DNA from: Octopus sinensis
Lineage: Eukaryota
Direction: 5' to 3'
NCBI RefSeq assembly: GCF_006345805.1
Contig: NC_042999.1
Span: 171,988,001-172,052,000, forward strand
DNA: 64,000 nt
Shown here: positions 27,296-39,599 of the stretch, piece by piece
Numbering within the stretch: the stretch's first letter is position 1
Layout: each line of letters begins with the position of its first letter
Position numbers and translations under genes: made by a program
The notes under the pieces: generated by a model
The model's input: only the letters and a program-made list of their open reading frames with translations
The model's database searches: none
Told to the model about the DNA's origin: nothing

Positions 27296-27605
27296 TATGC
27301 ACCCTTTTCAAGCCTAGCCAGGCTCATGGGCCCGGTTTCCCGGTTTCTGTGACGTATGTGTTCCCCCCCCAGCTGGACGGGACGCCAGTCAATCGCAGCG
27401 TTACTCAAGAAACAGGAAAAAAGAGTGAGAGAAATTTGTGGCAAAGGAGTACAACAGGGGTCACCAGCACTCCCTGTCGGGGACTCGTGGAGCTTTAGGT
27501 GTTTTCGCTCAATAAACACACACACCGACCGGTCTTGGAATCGAAACCGCGATCGACCTACCACGAGTCCGCTGCTCTAAACACTGGGCCATTGCACTTC
27601 CACAA
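27296..27605 (-). mobile_element. tRNA-derived SINE family C with tail X
   Basis: Head caatggcccagtgtttagagcagcggactcgtg...ggtttcgattcc (A/B boxes); body shared with 31410-31787; tail ends gggcccatgagcctggctaggcttgaaaagggtgcataa. Confidence 0.85.
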
Positions 27606-27608
27606 ATA

Positions 27609-27755
27609 AATGCGCCCTTTGAAAGCCTAGCCAGACTAATGGGCCCGGTTTCCCGGTTTCAATGGCGTATGTGACGCCATTCCATCGCAGCGTTACTCAT
27701 TTTTGCTAGCTGAGTGGACAGGAGCAACGTGAAATGAAGTGTTATGTTATTGGAC
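27609..27755 (-). mobile_element. Truncated SINE with a different body and tail X
   Basis: Tail (gccctttgaaagcctagccag...gggcccggtttcccggtttc) matches 27296-27350; past gcagcgttactca the sequence differs (tttttgctagctgagtggacaggagcaacgtgaaat). Confidence 0.75.
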
Positions 27756-27780
27756 GCTCAGGAGAGGAAAGAAAGAAGGA

Positions 27781-27817
27781 GGACTTAACGTATCGAGCGG
27801 AGTTCTTCGTCAGAAAC
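27781..27817 (-). ncRNA. Minimal type I hammerhead-like fold, degenerate, in a Penelope-like repeat end
   Basis: GUUU-CUGACGA-A-GAAC(UCC)GCUC-GAuA-CGU-U-AAGU: intact CUGANGA, palindromic ACGU stem III, GAAA mutated to GAUA, one mismatch in stem II. Confidence 0.55.
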
Positions 27818-28030
27818 ATAGAAAAAGGAAAGTTTCAAGGAAAGGAAGACAAAGAAAGAAAATCGCCAACGGTACACACACGGTCACATACTGAAATGAC
27901 CATATATATATATAGAGAGAGAGAGAGCTTCGAAAGTCCCGTCTGTGTGTTTTTTTGCCGTCTTCAAAATGTTTCACGTTCTTGTCCCAGTTTGTGTTTT
28001 TTTAACGTTTACCTATATATATATATATAT

Positions 28031-28089
<59 letters not shown>

Positions 28090-28416
28090 ATATGTATATA
28101 TATATGTTAATAATATCAAAAGGTAATTAGAAATATCTGAAATTTCCTTACCAGTGTCCTACCGTGTAATGGTTTAGTCAGTAGACTATATATTATCCAT
28201 GCAAATACAGTGTATATTTAAACATACAAGAGGCATCTATCATAGGATTCCTTGAAAGATAGGGACCACAGTTAAATTCCAAACCACTATTAGGAATAAA
28301 TTTTCGGAGGGAATATGGTAAATGTTTTTATTTTTCATTCTCTTCGAAATTTTATCTCTAATATTGGTTTGGAATTTGACTGTACTTTCTAGCGTGTAAT
28401 TGTATATATATATATG

Positions 28417-28453
<37 letters not shown>

Positions 28454-28456
<3 letters not shown>

Positions 28457-28801
28457 AATGAATGTTTTTATATATAATGAACGTGAAATACAGGAAGGGA
28501 CGAACACGGAACACAGACAAATCATTCGAAGCCTTCAATCTTCAGTCAGACACCGAATCATCATAGCAAATTTCGGGTGTTCAATTCTGATATTTGCTCC
28601 AACTCGGCCAGCCCCAAGAAAAAAAAAACTAAGCTGTAAGCATTAGATTTCTTGGTAGAAGACAGGAATGTGAACGCACAAGACGGATGTGAATACAAGA
28701 GACGAAAACGAAATTGAAAACAGTAATGAATAAACAAAATATATATAACGGTGGTTGTCATACGACTTTAGACCAAATGAGACAAAAACAACAACAACAA
28801 C
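28454..28801 (+). repeat. ~346 bp direct repeat, copy 1
   Basis: Nearly identical to 29176-29520 (2 substitutions plus homopolymer/AT length differences seen). Confidence 0.95.
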
Positions 28802-29175
28802 ATAGCTGGCGTAGAAATAATTACCGTTTCGGTAGCGGGGACACATGTTGGTCGAGATACGAAGGCCAACAGAATGGTTTAAGAAGCAGCAGGTCGCAGG
28901 AGAGAGAGAAAGAGACAGAGAGAGAGGGAATCAAAGAGGGTGGAAGGCAGGGGACAGAATCAGTGACCAAGAGAAAAGGAGAAAGAAGGGATTAAGGAGG
29001 ATGGGAGGAAGAGGGGAGGAGGATGGGAGGAAGAGAGGGGAAGAATCGGAGGGCGCCAAAAAGTTTGGTGAAGAAGCAATGGCGGGTAGGAAAGACAGTG
29101 TGTATAGAAGTCGTGCAGGGTTTAAAATTGGACAAACAAACGGGGGGTGGGGTGCACGTAACGCCGCAATAATAT

Positions 29176-29508
29176 AAGAATGAATGTTTTTATATATAAT
29201 GAACGTGAAATACAGGAAGGGACGAACACGGAACACAGACAAATCATTCGAAGCCTTCAATCTTCAGTCAGACACCGAATCATCATAGCAAATTTCGGCT
29301 GTTCAATTCTGATATTTGCTCCAACTCGGCCAGCCCCAAGAAAAAAAACTAAGCTGTAAGCATTAGATTTCTTGGTATAAGACAGGAATGTGAACGCACA
29401 AGACGGATGTGAATACAAGAGACGAAAACGAAATTGAAAACAGTAATGAATAAACAAAATATATATATAACGGTGGTTGTCATACGACTTTAGACCAAAT
29501 GAGACAAA

Positions 29509-29520
<12 letters not shown>
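29176..29520 (+). repeat. ~346 bp direct repeat, copy 2
   Basis: See copy 1; separated by a 374 bp purine-rich spacer; whole unit sits between (AT)n tracts. Confidence 0.95.
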
Positions 29521-29597
<77 letters not shown>

Positions 29598-29598
<1 letters not shown>

Positions 29599-30350
29599 GA
29601 GATGCTAATGCTGTGTGGCCAAATCCTCTTGATGGTAAGTGACGCCAGCCCTCTGGCGCATACGTGTACAGTTTTGCCCTGCTAGGCCGCGTCAGTTCCC
29701 AGATGTTATGCGCGGAGTACAGTCGTATAGTGAATGTGCGTCGTAATTCCGCCTTCCAACAAGTCGATCGAAAGCATCGAACAGAGATATTCCATCAAAT
29801 TTTGCACAAAACGTGGTTGTACTCAAGCTCAAACAATCCATAAAATATTAAGCATGAAACCGCTTGAAATATAGACGTACATCAGTGGTTAGCTTGGCAA
29901 ATACTCATACAATACCTTCGTCTAACGACTCGTAAAATAAGAAAATAAGGGAAGGATCAGGGCATTCGATTTTTAATGTAGAATTTGTGCAATCTGAGAG
30001 TGCCGGCGATACTGATCCCCATGTTCCTAGCAAAGCAGCAGAAGCAACTTAATATTGAAATCTTGCTGGACTTTACAAATAACGACCCACACTACACGAA
30101 GACAATCATCCCTTGTGATGAGAAATAGGTCTATGGTTGCGACCAGGAAAGTAACTTCCAGCCCTCCTAATAGAAGCATCAGATATCATCAAAGCCAAAA
30201 AGTGCACTATAAGTTCGCAGGAATGTGAAGGCAAATTTCACCTTTTTATTTGGGGCCCGTGATTTTGAGCATCAGGAATACGTACCACTAACCCAAACAT
30301 TCAATAAGGAATATTACCTTTAGATTATACGACGCTTTCGTGATGCAGCG
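29598..30350 (+). mobile_element. Mariner (Tc1/mariner) transposon remnant, deleted and pseudogenised
   Basis: IEQRYSIKFCTKRG (N-terminal HTH start), TIIPCDEK*VYGCDQE (ITGDETWVYGYDPE-like), HQEYVP..QTFNKEYYL; begins TA|CGAG after (TA)n. Confidence 0.8.
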
Positions 30351-30383
30351 TATGTATTTGTGTCTGTGTTTGTTTTGTGTGTG

Positions 30384-30456
<73 letters not shown>

Positions 30457-31409
30457 GTGAAATGAGTTAAGAATCCAGGTAGATATCTATATAGCACTTT
30501 GAGTTAAAAATGAGCTTTTACATATACATTTGTAGTCAGAAAGAAATACTGTCACATTTGTTGTGGATGACAGCGTTTAAACGGTCGATACACAACTCTA
30601 TATTCTATATGTATGTGATAGTGCAATGGAATGTGCAACGGAAGACGAATCACATAGAGATGGAGGGAAAATACAGGGGGAGGTATTGTGTGATAATTAT
30701 ATTATGGTGAGTGTTTATGCTGGGCGTGGGAATTTTTTTTTACTGCTGATAATATATCAAACGGACTGAAAACGTTTTCTACTTGGAGGGAACAAACAAG
30801 GCGACTAAATATATTTTTGCCGTTGGGAAGATAAAGGAAATTTCATGAAGACCGCCATGTGGGGACTACTTCAGAATAATCATTTTCCTGCTGAGCAAAG
30901 ACTCCAGTATCTAGTTCTGATAAATAATACCTTAACTGTTCAAGTAATCTCCAAATTTGCGGTATTTTTTCAATAGCAAAATGCCTCCTACCAATACTGA
31001 GAAAAATTCCCACCATGTTCGACACCTCTGACATATATTGGTGGATTAATTAGAAAGTGGGGATAACTTCTCCTTTAAATTTCTGAAATCTAAAATATAT
31101 TTCAGACTGAGGCAAGGAATCTGAAAACATGAGCTTGGTTCCTATTGCGGCCATAGAGAATGTTGTCGTTCGCGCCCACAAGAATGCCGGCAACAGTCAT
31201 TATGTAGAGCAAAAGCAGTTGAAGGTACTCTACTAAGTGTTTTCCTCATTTCAAGTACATAGAAGAAAAAATATAATATTCATTTTAAACGTGAACCAAA
31301 GCTGTTGAATTTTACTAACAGACTCGTAAATATTTGGCTGCTGTTATATTAAATTAATAGCAATTTTAAACAGACACAAAAGCACACACATACATACTCA
31401 TGTATGTGT

Positions 31410-31787
31410 GGCACTCCGTCGGTTACGACAATGAGGGTTCCGGTTGATCCGAATCAACGGAACAGCCTGCTCGTGAAATTAACGTGTAAGTGGCTGAGCA
31501 CTCCACAGACACGTGTACCCGTAACGTAGTTCTGGGGGATATTCAGCGTGACACAGAGAGTGACAAGGCCGGCCCTTTGAAATATAGGTACAGCAGAAAC
31601 AGGAAGTAAGAGTGAGAGAAAGATGTGGTGAAAGAGTACAGCAGGGATCACTACCATCCCCTGCCGGAGCCTCGTGGAGCTTTAGGTGTTTTCGCTTAAT
31701 AAACACTCACAACGCCCGGTCTGGGAATCGAAACCGCGATCCTATGACCGCGAGTCCGCTACCCTAATCACTGGGCCATTGCGCCTC
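31410..31787 (-). mobile_element. Full-length tRNA-derived SINE family C with tail Y and target-site duplication
   Basis: Head gaggcgcaatggcccagtgattagggtagcggactcgcggtcataggatcgcggtttcgattccc; flanked by ctcatgtatgtgt at 31397-31409 and 31785-31797. Confidence 0.9.
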
Positions 31788-32195
31788 ATGTATGTGTACA
31801 CCCATCCACACATCCACGCATTTTATTTGTGGGTTAGTAATTTCTAAAGTCGGTTTCATGACGAGAATCCTCGGCCACTATCAAGCTCGTCACATGGGTC
31901 ATTGGTATTCGTTTCCATTTGGACGAGAATACACCGAAGCTACACAAGCGTATGCGGATTTTTGGTACAAACAAATAAATATACAGATCAGGGGAAATAA
32001 TAATAATTGATAGCTATCTTCGAAGTTATGAATATGTGTAACTATGAATATGAATATACACGTATATACACGTATATGCACGCAGGCACCAGTGCAGAAT
32101 ATCCATACAGAATATGTGCACACACACACACACACAAAACAAACACTGATACAAATACACACACACACATAAATATATGTGTATGCCTGTCTGTA

Positions 32196-32247
<52 letters not shown>

Positions 32248-33040
32248 TATAAATAAGTATAGATATGCATATATGTATATGTATGTCAGTGTATATATAC
32301 ATATTCACACAAACGTATGCAAGTGTGTGTGCGTGTTTTTGATTGTGTATGTGCCTTTGTATAATTGTATTGAACGCGTACCTGCATTCTCAAACTTGAA
32401 ATGACCTCCACTGGAGCGAATTTCCCCTTCCGACAGTTATTTAGAAAAACACACCACTTGGTTATGGATCTCGTCATTGGACCATAGAAGACGTAGTGCG
32501 CAGCCTATTAAATACTGCAGCTTTTGATATTCAAACAGCATTTGACACATTTGTTGATGAATGCTAAACTTCGTAGGGTTTCAATTAATTAAATAGACAC
32601 GCATTAAGCAACAATGAATGATTTAGAGAATTGCACAATTATGCACGCCTATACTGAATGACTGCGATCGAAGGATACTGTGTCCGTATTCATTAAAGCG
32701 TAAAGACGCAGCAACATGCATCCTGTGATGCGGTGATGTCATTGATAACCCAGCGTTGGGATTTTACTGCAAATTATATATCGTAAGAATGTCTCCACAA
32801 AGAACGTTTTCGCTGCCGAATCCTTTCCACATTTGAGTTTACACGTCTTGAATATAATTATATATACCTATGGTTCTATCAACAATGCTTCATTAGCATC
32901 TAATTAATTACTTCCAGCTTCACAAGTTTTTGAAAGAAACAACAGACGTTTTATTTACAGCTTAGGTTCATTTCATATCATATGCAAACTATCCTGAACG
33001 TATAAGGTTTTCTTTGTTTGAGGGTATATTATACCACAAT

Positions 33041-33049
33041 ATCTATCTT

Positions 33050-33136
<87 letters not shown>

Positions 33137-33140
33137 ATCT

Positions 33141-33199
<59 letters not shown>

Positions 33200-33239
33200 A
33201 TATTACCTGTGCGTATGCACACACACGCATGTGTATATG

Positions 33240-33300
<61 letters not shown>
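33041..33300. repeat. Compound microsatellite (CTAT)n-(AT)n-(ACAT)n-(AT)n-(GA)n
   Basis: Directly visible. Confidence 0.95.
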
Positions 33301-33310
<10 letters not shown>

Positions 33311-33730
33311 CACGTCCGTGCAGGACAAGAAATATGGTCACGTGAGGAAAAGGAATATGGTCGATGGTCACGCGTGAGCAACGTGAAAGAGAGTGAGAGA
33401 AAAAGAAAAGGGAGAAAGACTGATAGAATACGGTGACGGAGGGAAGGAGAGAAAAAGAGAATTAGAAAAGGATGTAGGAAGAAAACAGTATAGGGTAGAG
33501 AGTCGCACCTTTTTCATGCCACTCTCTACCCTATACTGTTTTCTTCCTCCATCCTTTTCTAATTCTCTTTTTCTCTCCTTCCCTCCTTCGACGTATTCTA
33601 TCTGTCTTTCTCCCCTTTCTTTTTCTCTCACCCTCTTTCACATTGCTCACGAGTGACCATCGTCCATCTTTCTTTTCCTCACGTGACTATCTTTCTTTTC
33701 CTGCATGGATGTGTTTCTCTCTATCTCTCT
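33295..33730. repeat. ~435 bp foldback with purine-rich left arm and pyrimidine-rich right arm, 17-nt loop 33504-33520
   Basis: About 18 substitutions and no indels over ~210 bp by manual alignment; explains the twin ORFs 33368-33631(-) and 33393-33656(+). Confidence 0.93.
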
Positions 33731-34134
33731 CACTATCTTTTATCTTTTTTCTTAAAAAGGGAAAAAAATCATTTCTGCCAGTGTTCACTATTTCCTGTCG
33801 TTTTGATCTAACGATCCTCCATGTTTGTATTCGTGCGGTTTCCACTGTCATGTTTTTGTTCCCAAATATTACCCTCTATTTATGGAAGCGACTGTCTTTG
33901 AAAACTCTTATTGTCGTGGAATGCTCGAAATAAGGAGCAGATAGACAACCGACAACTAATGTGTTAACTTGTCCTATTTTCCGTTTTTTCTTCGTTGTTT
34001 ACTTTTTTCATGTTACTTGCACCGTTGGTGATGTCATGTACCCATATATATGCATATATGGTAGTCTTAATACACAAATACAGAAATTCCATCCAATGCG
34101 GTGTTGAGCACTCATGTTGTGTGTGTGTGTGTGT

Positions 34135-34235
34135 GTTTTAGCTTCAAATTTTGGCACTCAGACAGCAAGTTTAAGGCGGTGGGAAAAGTCGATTAAATCA
34201 ATCCCACTGACTAATTGATAATATTTTATCGAACA
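34135..34235 (-). mobile_element. SINE family B 3' fragment, diverged
   Basis: caaattttggcac...gggaaaagtcgattaaatcaatccc...ttttatcga is complementary to the family B core/tail. Confidence 0.55.
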
Positions 34236-34832
34236 TGAATTGAATAAGATTATATGAGACTTTATAAATCATTTCCCCCATTATGTTTAAATTTTGCTAA
34301 ACAGTTAAGGGATTGAAACTTGCGTGGAAATTATTTATCTTGAAACTCAAATAATTGCAAACTAGTACATCGGCCCAACCTAAACAATACATATCTATGT
34401 AAAGAAATACATTATTTTTATTAAACATCAAAAAATATTGCCATTATTATTTTATTAGCACGCACAATTTCCCCATTCACTCTTAATCGCATAGAAATGC
34501 ACTCACGCATATTCATCATCGAGATATATAGTGGCATACTCAAACTCACTCATAATCACATATATGCATATGCTTAAGTGCGATTTTATATACATCTATG
34601 TATACTTACAGACACATATATATATATGTATATATGTATGGTGCATGTATACATGTATGTATGTAAATATATATGTCTGTATAAAGGTACGTAAGTATGT
34701 ATGTACATATATTTACGTAGAATATGAATGTTTACTCTGACTACAAGCATGTATATATACGTTTTCTTAAAATTCTCTTTCACTTTATCTTTTCAGTGGA
34801 TTAACCTGGATTAAAAAGGATTACTTTCAAAT

Positions 34833-34997
34833 ATGGATTTACGTGCCTGGACAGTACCTTTGGCGACAAGCTGGTTTGTGGTTCTCATGTTATTATTGGA
34901 TGTTTCAATTGGATCCACTGCAGATTTGCACGCACCGTGTTACGCTTGTCGCATATTCAACATCATGCAGAGGGACAATCCCAAACATGACCCAAAG
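34833..34997 (+). CDS. Putative first coding exon of an unidentified secreted/membrane protein (signal peptide + CxxC)
   Basis: Strong acceptor ctctttcactttatcttttcag (ends 34796), in-frame upstream TAA, ATG context AAATATGG, hydrophobic SWFVVLMLLLDVSIGSTA, CYAC, donor AAG|GTATTT at 34997 (phase 0). Confidence 0.6.
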
Positions 34998-35705
34998 GTA
35001 TTTCTTTTCGCAGACAGTTTTATATTAATTATTACCTGTTTGAAGTTTAGATTTGAATGTATGTATAGCATTCATTGCTTTCTTAAGAATACACATGGGA
35101 AAAAATAATCAAGTCAATTTTGGTTCGGTAGCAATTTTCATGGAATATTCCATAGGTTTGTTAGTTACCTACTTTATTTAAACGAGCCGTAAATGATACG
35201 TTTAATAACTATTCGGCCCATACCCTTCAGCCATCACAAAACGTAGGAAACATGTCAATGGATGATCTAGGCATCGATTTGTTTTATTTGAAATCCATTT
35301 AAAATGAGGCTGTATAATGTTACAGACAAAACATTGTTCTACTTTCAACAAGACGGATAAAATGAAACAGGTTTAGTTCGAACATCGAGAGAACATGTTC
35401 AAGAGAACATGTTGTGACGTGGAACAAGGCAAGGCTTGAATGTAAATATGAACTACTATCAGCAAGTCATGGACGGCAAACTCGTAATCTCCACACTAAA
35501 GACATTTCTTAAATTCAGTGCAGCAATGAAATAAATGAATTTTTAGTAACTTAGAGTAGTTACAACCGTGGTATCAGTTTCAGGAATATATTATCAACAA
35601 GTGTATTGTAAACATGTACTGAACATATAGGGAACCCAACATGTTACTCTCAACCTATTTCAATTATATGTTATCCTGTTTATACAACTCATTGCAATTC
35701 TTTAG

Positions 35706-35817
35706 AATCCTAGGAACAATTTACATATTATCAAATATTTTATTAAGGGTAGGCTAATCGTAAATACAGCGTTTTCCTGTTGCATTTTGCTTTGCATATC
35801 ATTAGTTGGAATTGCAG
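35706..35817 (+). CDS. Putative second coding exon with TM-like segment
   Basis: Acceptor ctcattgcaattctttag, open in phase 0 (NPRNNLHIIKYFIKGRLIVNTAFSCCILLCISLVGIA), strong donor CAG|GTATGT (phase 1). Confidence 0.45.
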
Positions 35818-35895
35818 GTATGTCTTAAAACCTGAGAAAATATTGGTTACAAAACGTAAAGTAACTCCAGTAGAGCAGCTTCTTTTTTCTCTCAG

Positions 35896-35933
35896 GAAAT
35901 ACAAATAGATCAAAGATACGCATAATTACATAA
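35896..35933 (+). CDS. Putative terminal coding exon
   Basis: Strong acceptor ttcttttttctctcag after a 78-nt intron; phase 1 gives (G)NTNRSKIRIIT*. Confidence 0.3.
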
Positions 35934-38900
35934 TTCTTTCTGTGATCACTAAACATGGAAGAAGTAGGCATGTCATCACCCATGAACTAAATGACCAATG
36001 TAAAGAAAAATAGATTTGAAAATGTTGTTTTGGGTAGAAGACATGACATACCAATGATGACTGTGGTTTTATGTCTGCATCCTCATGGACATCTTGGTTA
36101 TAAAACTAACATGAGAAAAACTTCTATTATAATTTCACTGAATGTAAATAAAGCAGCGAGCTGGCTTAATAGGTGGCATGCCAGGCAAAATGGTTTGCGG
36201 CATTTCATCCGACTTTGGTTTCATTATATCAGAGTTGATAAAATAAGTATCAGTTGAGCAATGGGATTGATGTAATTGACATACCCCCGGCACTGAAATT
36301 GCTGGCCTTCTGCAAAAGTTTGAAACTAATATCATTGATTGCAAATAACGGGGACAGCCCGAGCAATAAGTAGAATGTTGATCAACTAATATCACCATTA
36401 TATAGGTTCAACTCCATATTCGACGTCGAATACAAAATGTTACCCAAAATTCTAGTCGTGCTACTAAGTTTTAGAAATCGATATTAGCTCATAATTTTCG
36501 GTCGATAACCACAACAATTATTTCTGGGATAAAACAATTTTCTTTCTCACTCAACCTGATCGGTGACAGAATATTCCGACAGCTTAGCGAAACGGAGCAA
36601 TAGTCGAAGAAGTGAGAACCCATCATTTCCACAGTCATTTCGGAATATCATTTAGATGTAAACGGATTTGATGTTATTCTGGGTCTTTCACTCTTTCTTT
36701 CCGTTCACTTTATTTTTTACTCTCCCTTGACTACTCCACCTATATACACTCCCGCTCGGACACACATACACACGCGCACACGTACACACATGTACACAAA
36801 TACAAATATATATATATATGTTTTTGCTTCTGGTCGTGTGTGTGTATTTGCGCGTGTATGTGTGTATGTGTTTCTCGTTATGTAAGTGATGTGTGTACAG
36901 GAGTACGCATGTATGACAGTATAAATGAGAAATGCATATCGTATCTGTTTTAGAGTTCAATCCTACTGCGAATCACTTCAAGCAAACATTTGTAAGCGAA
37001 ATTTTCCTGACATCTTCGAAAACGTATTAAATAATCTGAACTTGCTCCCTTGTTGCAGACAAAAATTCCAGCCATTTTAAAAGAAACACGTAGCCTTGTA
37101 TCTCTTTGGCAGATTATTGCGAGCAAATTGAACAGTATTCAGTTACATGCAAATTTTGCATGATAATTCGCTAGTCACAGCGGCCTCGTCCATCTCTGAG
37201 TAACGTTTTAAGATGAAATGCCGCAAAGTATTTTGCCCGGCATGCTACCTATTCAGCCAGCTCGTTGCTTTATTTACATTCACTGAAATTATAAAAGACT
37301 TTTTTCTCATTTTTGTCATTGGTTTATAACCCTTTGTCCATCTCTGAGAAAACACAGCATGTACAAACACATAGATCTTGCGGCATGTTTTAATGTAAGT
37401 TTCATTCATGTTTTAGACAAATGAGATGGGTTATACCCGAAACATTTAAAGACAGGGAGGAATATATCTCTGAATAAGAAACCTGGCCGAATACTAATTC
37501 CAAGAAAGTCAACTGAAGACTACGCGGTGATCTTAAACTGAGCGACCAATTATTACTCCCACTCAAATAATCTAAGGCGAGATTTGGAATGGGAAGTAGT
37601 CAAAAAGTAGGATATTGCGTGACTTTCCATCTGATGTTTTAACTTTACTTCAAACAAGAGAGATGTACATTATCGGTCCTCATATAACGTAAGGGCAAAT
37701 ACGAACACGGCAGAAATCCAATGTACCAGAATAAATACATCAACGCGCTCATCACAATTGTAAGAGAAATGGGCGTATATTGCGTTGAAGAAATATTTGT
37801 TTATAACGCAAACATGTGATTTCAAACAAAGCACACTGCATGGTCGGGTAACGAAACCTGTATCTTCTAGTTAAGATGATATAATGTAACAACAGGCCAA
37901 ACTGTTATCATATTTTGTTTGTTGGAAGAGGAGGGGAACAATTTTCAACCTTACAATCATATTTTTCTAAACGTTAACTTTAACTATCTCTCATTTGCAT
38001 ATCATTAAATATTTCAATAATATAATTCAATAATTGAAAAACAAACAACGGAAAATATAACTCATTTGATTTCCTGTGCTGCTGAAATGATATACATGCG
38101 TGCACACACACATGGACACCCAAGCACACACCTAGACACACACGTAGATACATAATGCGCGTGCATGAGCGTTTTCTGGCTGTCAGAGACGGAAACGCAG
38201 AGGGGAGAAAACCACTTGGTAAACTCAAACCCTGGATAACACGAGAGCAGTCATCGTCAGACGGGAGATCTAATCCGAGTGCTTGTAGGTGAATATATTC
38301 CGTTTAAGAAAATCTTCTGCAAATTACACGCACACGAAAACACACAGACACACACATATGCGCACGCACTAAATACATTCATATATATATGTCTATATTA
38401 TCTTTCCTTTTGTTATGATGTTATGACTTCTGGTATATTTCATTAACCAACTGTCTAATCACCAACACGTAATGCACGTAATCTATGACTCTGTATAATA
38501 TATAACTGCACATATGACACTGTATTTCTTTATTGGCCACGCAGGGCGTAACATAAAGAGGACACTGTTCTCAATCTCCAGCACACGTGCGTATATATAC
38601 AATTCAGAACCGTCCATTCACTGGGGTGATTGGTTTCCACAACACACCCCTTTCAGCCCTTAAGACATAGGTATAATCGTGTACAGCCAGTGTTACTGCT
38701 ACAGTACTCCTCATCCTCCTTCCTTCACATTGGGCGAAACTGGGTGTTCGAAGTTGCTGCGTTCAGTTATGCTTCTTGCTGTGGAATAGGTTCATATGTA
38801 TATTGTAGACATATATTTGTAGACATAACGTTTCACAGTCTATATATATGTGTGTGTATACATACGCACACTCATACATACACACACATATACATACACA

Positions 38901-38942
38901 TGTATGTATGTATGTATGCATGTATGTATGTATGTATGTGTG

Positions 38943-38989
<47 letters not shown>

Positions 38990-39548
38990 GGTCACACATC
39001 TACAGACAGACTGGCTGAATTAGTTTCTGAGATAAAGAGAGAACGTGTGGGATGAGGGTGAGAAATACATAATGAGGGAGAATTTAGGCTTATAAATGGA
39101 TGAGGTGTATGTAAATGCATTATGAATAAGAATGGGCCGCTGTGGACAGCGTAAACTGAGTGTTTACACTCATTGCATCTTACGAAATCTATATTAAGTT
39201 TCATATCTTGCCAATATTTAATGATGTAATCAGAGCAAGATTCATTATATATTCCCAGTCGAAAGCAATACACATCCTTTAGATCATTAATTTCCTGGCA
39301 AAGTTGAAACATCATTACGTCTTTTTCTCCCCCATTATCTAAGTAATTGGAGATGATGAAATCGTTATTACCTGCCTTACCGCATTAATAATGCTTGAAC
39401 TCATATCTATGTTGAGAATATTTACTAAAACACAGTTCCTTCGCAACCAGAACGGAGTTATTGATAGATACGCACACATACACACACATGCACGCGCACA
39501 CACATATACAGAGACAAACACACACACTCACGCACACACATGAATATA

Positions 39549-39597
<49 letters not shown>

Positions 39598-39599
<2 letters not shown>

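Noticed and set aside
28520-28552. CTGAAGA...TTCGAAT on the minus strand of the 346 bp repeat as a functional hammerhead
   Set aside because: No G10.1-C11.1 closing pair, GAAA is GAAU and no convincing stems I/III; kept only as a hint.
28454-29520. LTR retrotransposon/TRIM call
   Set aside because: No matching TG...CA termini, tRNA primer-binding site or polypurine tract in either orientation.
31690-31787. tRNA gene calls for A/B-box segments (also 25120-25175, 27520-27605, 40700-40770)
   Set aside because: They continue into SINE bodies and do not give a complete cloverleaf.
34923-34997. Resemblance of DLH..CYACR...DPK to Canopy/CNPY2 N-terminus
   Set aside because: Short motif, spacing differs and the following exon shows no saposin-like continuation; probably coincidental.
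35780-35933. LVGIAG|N as a rhodopsin-type GPCR TM1 GN motif
   Set aside because: The adjacent exon continues with polar residues and stops after 12 codons; no TM2-7 exon found in the window.
35950-37260. Coding-like stretches and a possible second mariner relic
   Set aside because: Heavily interrupted; similarity too weak to assign.
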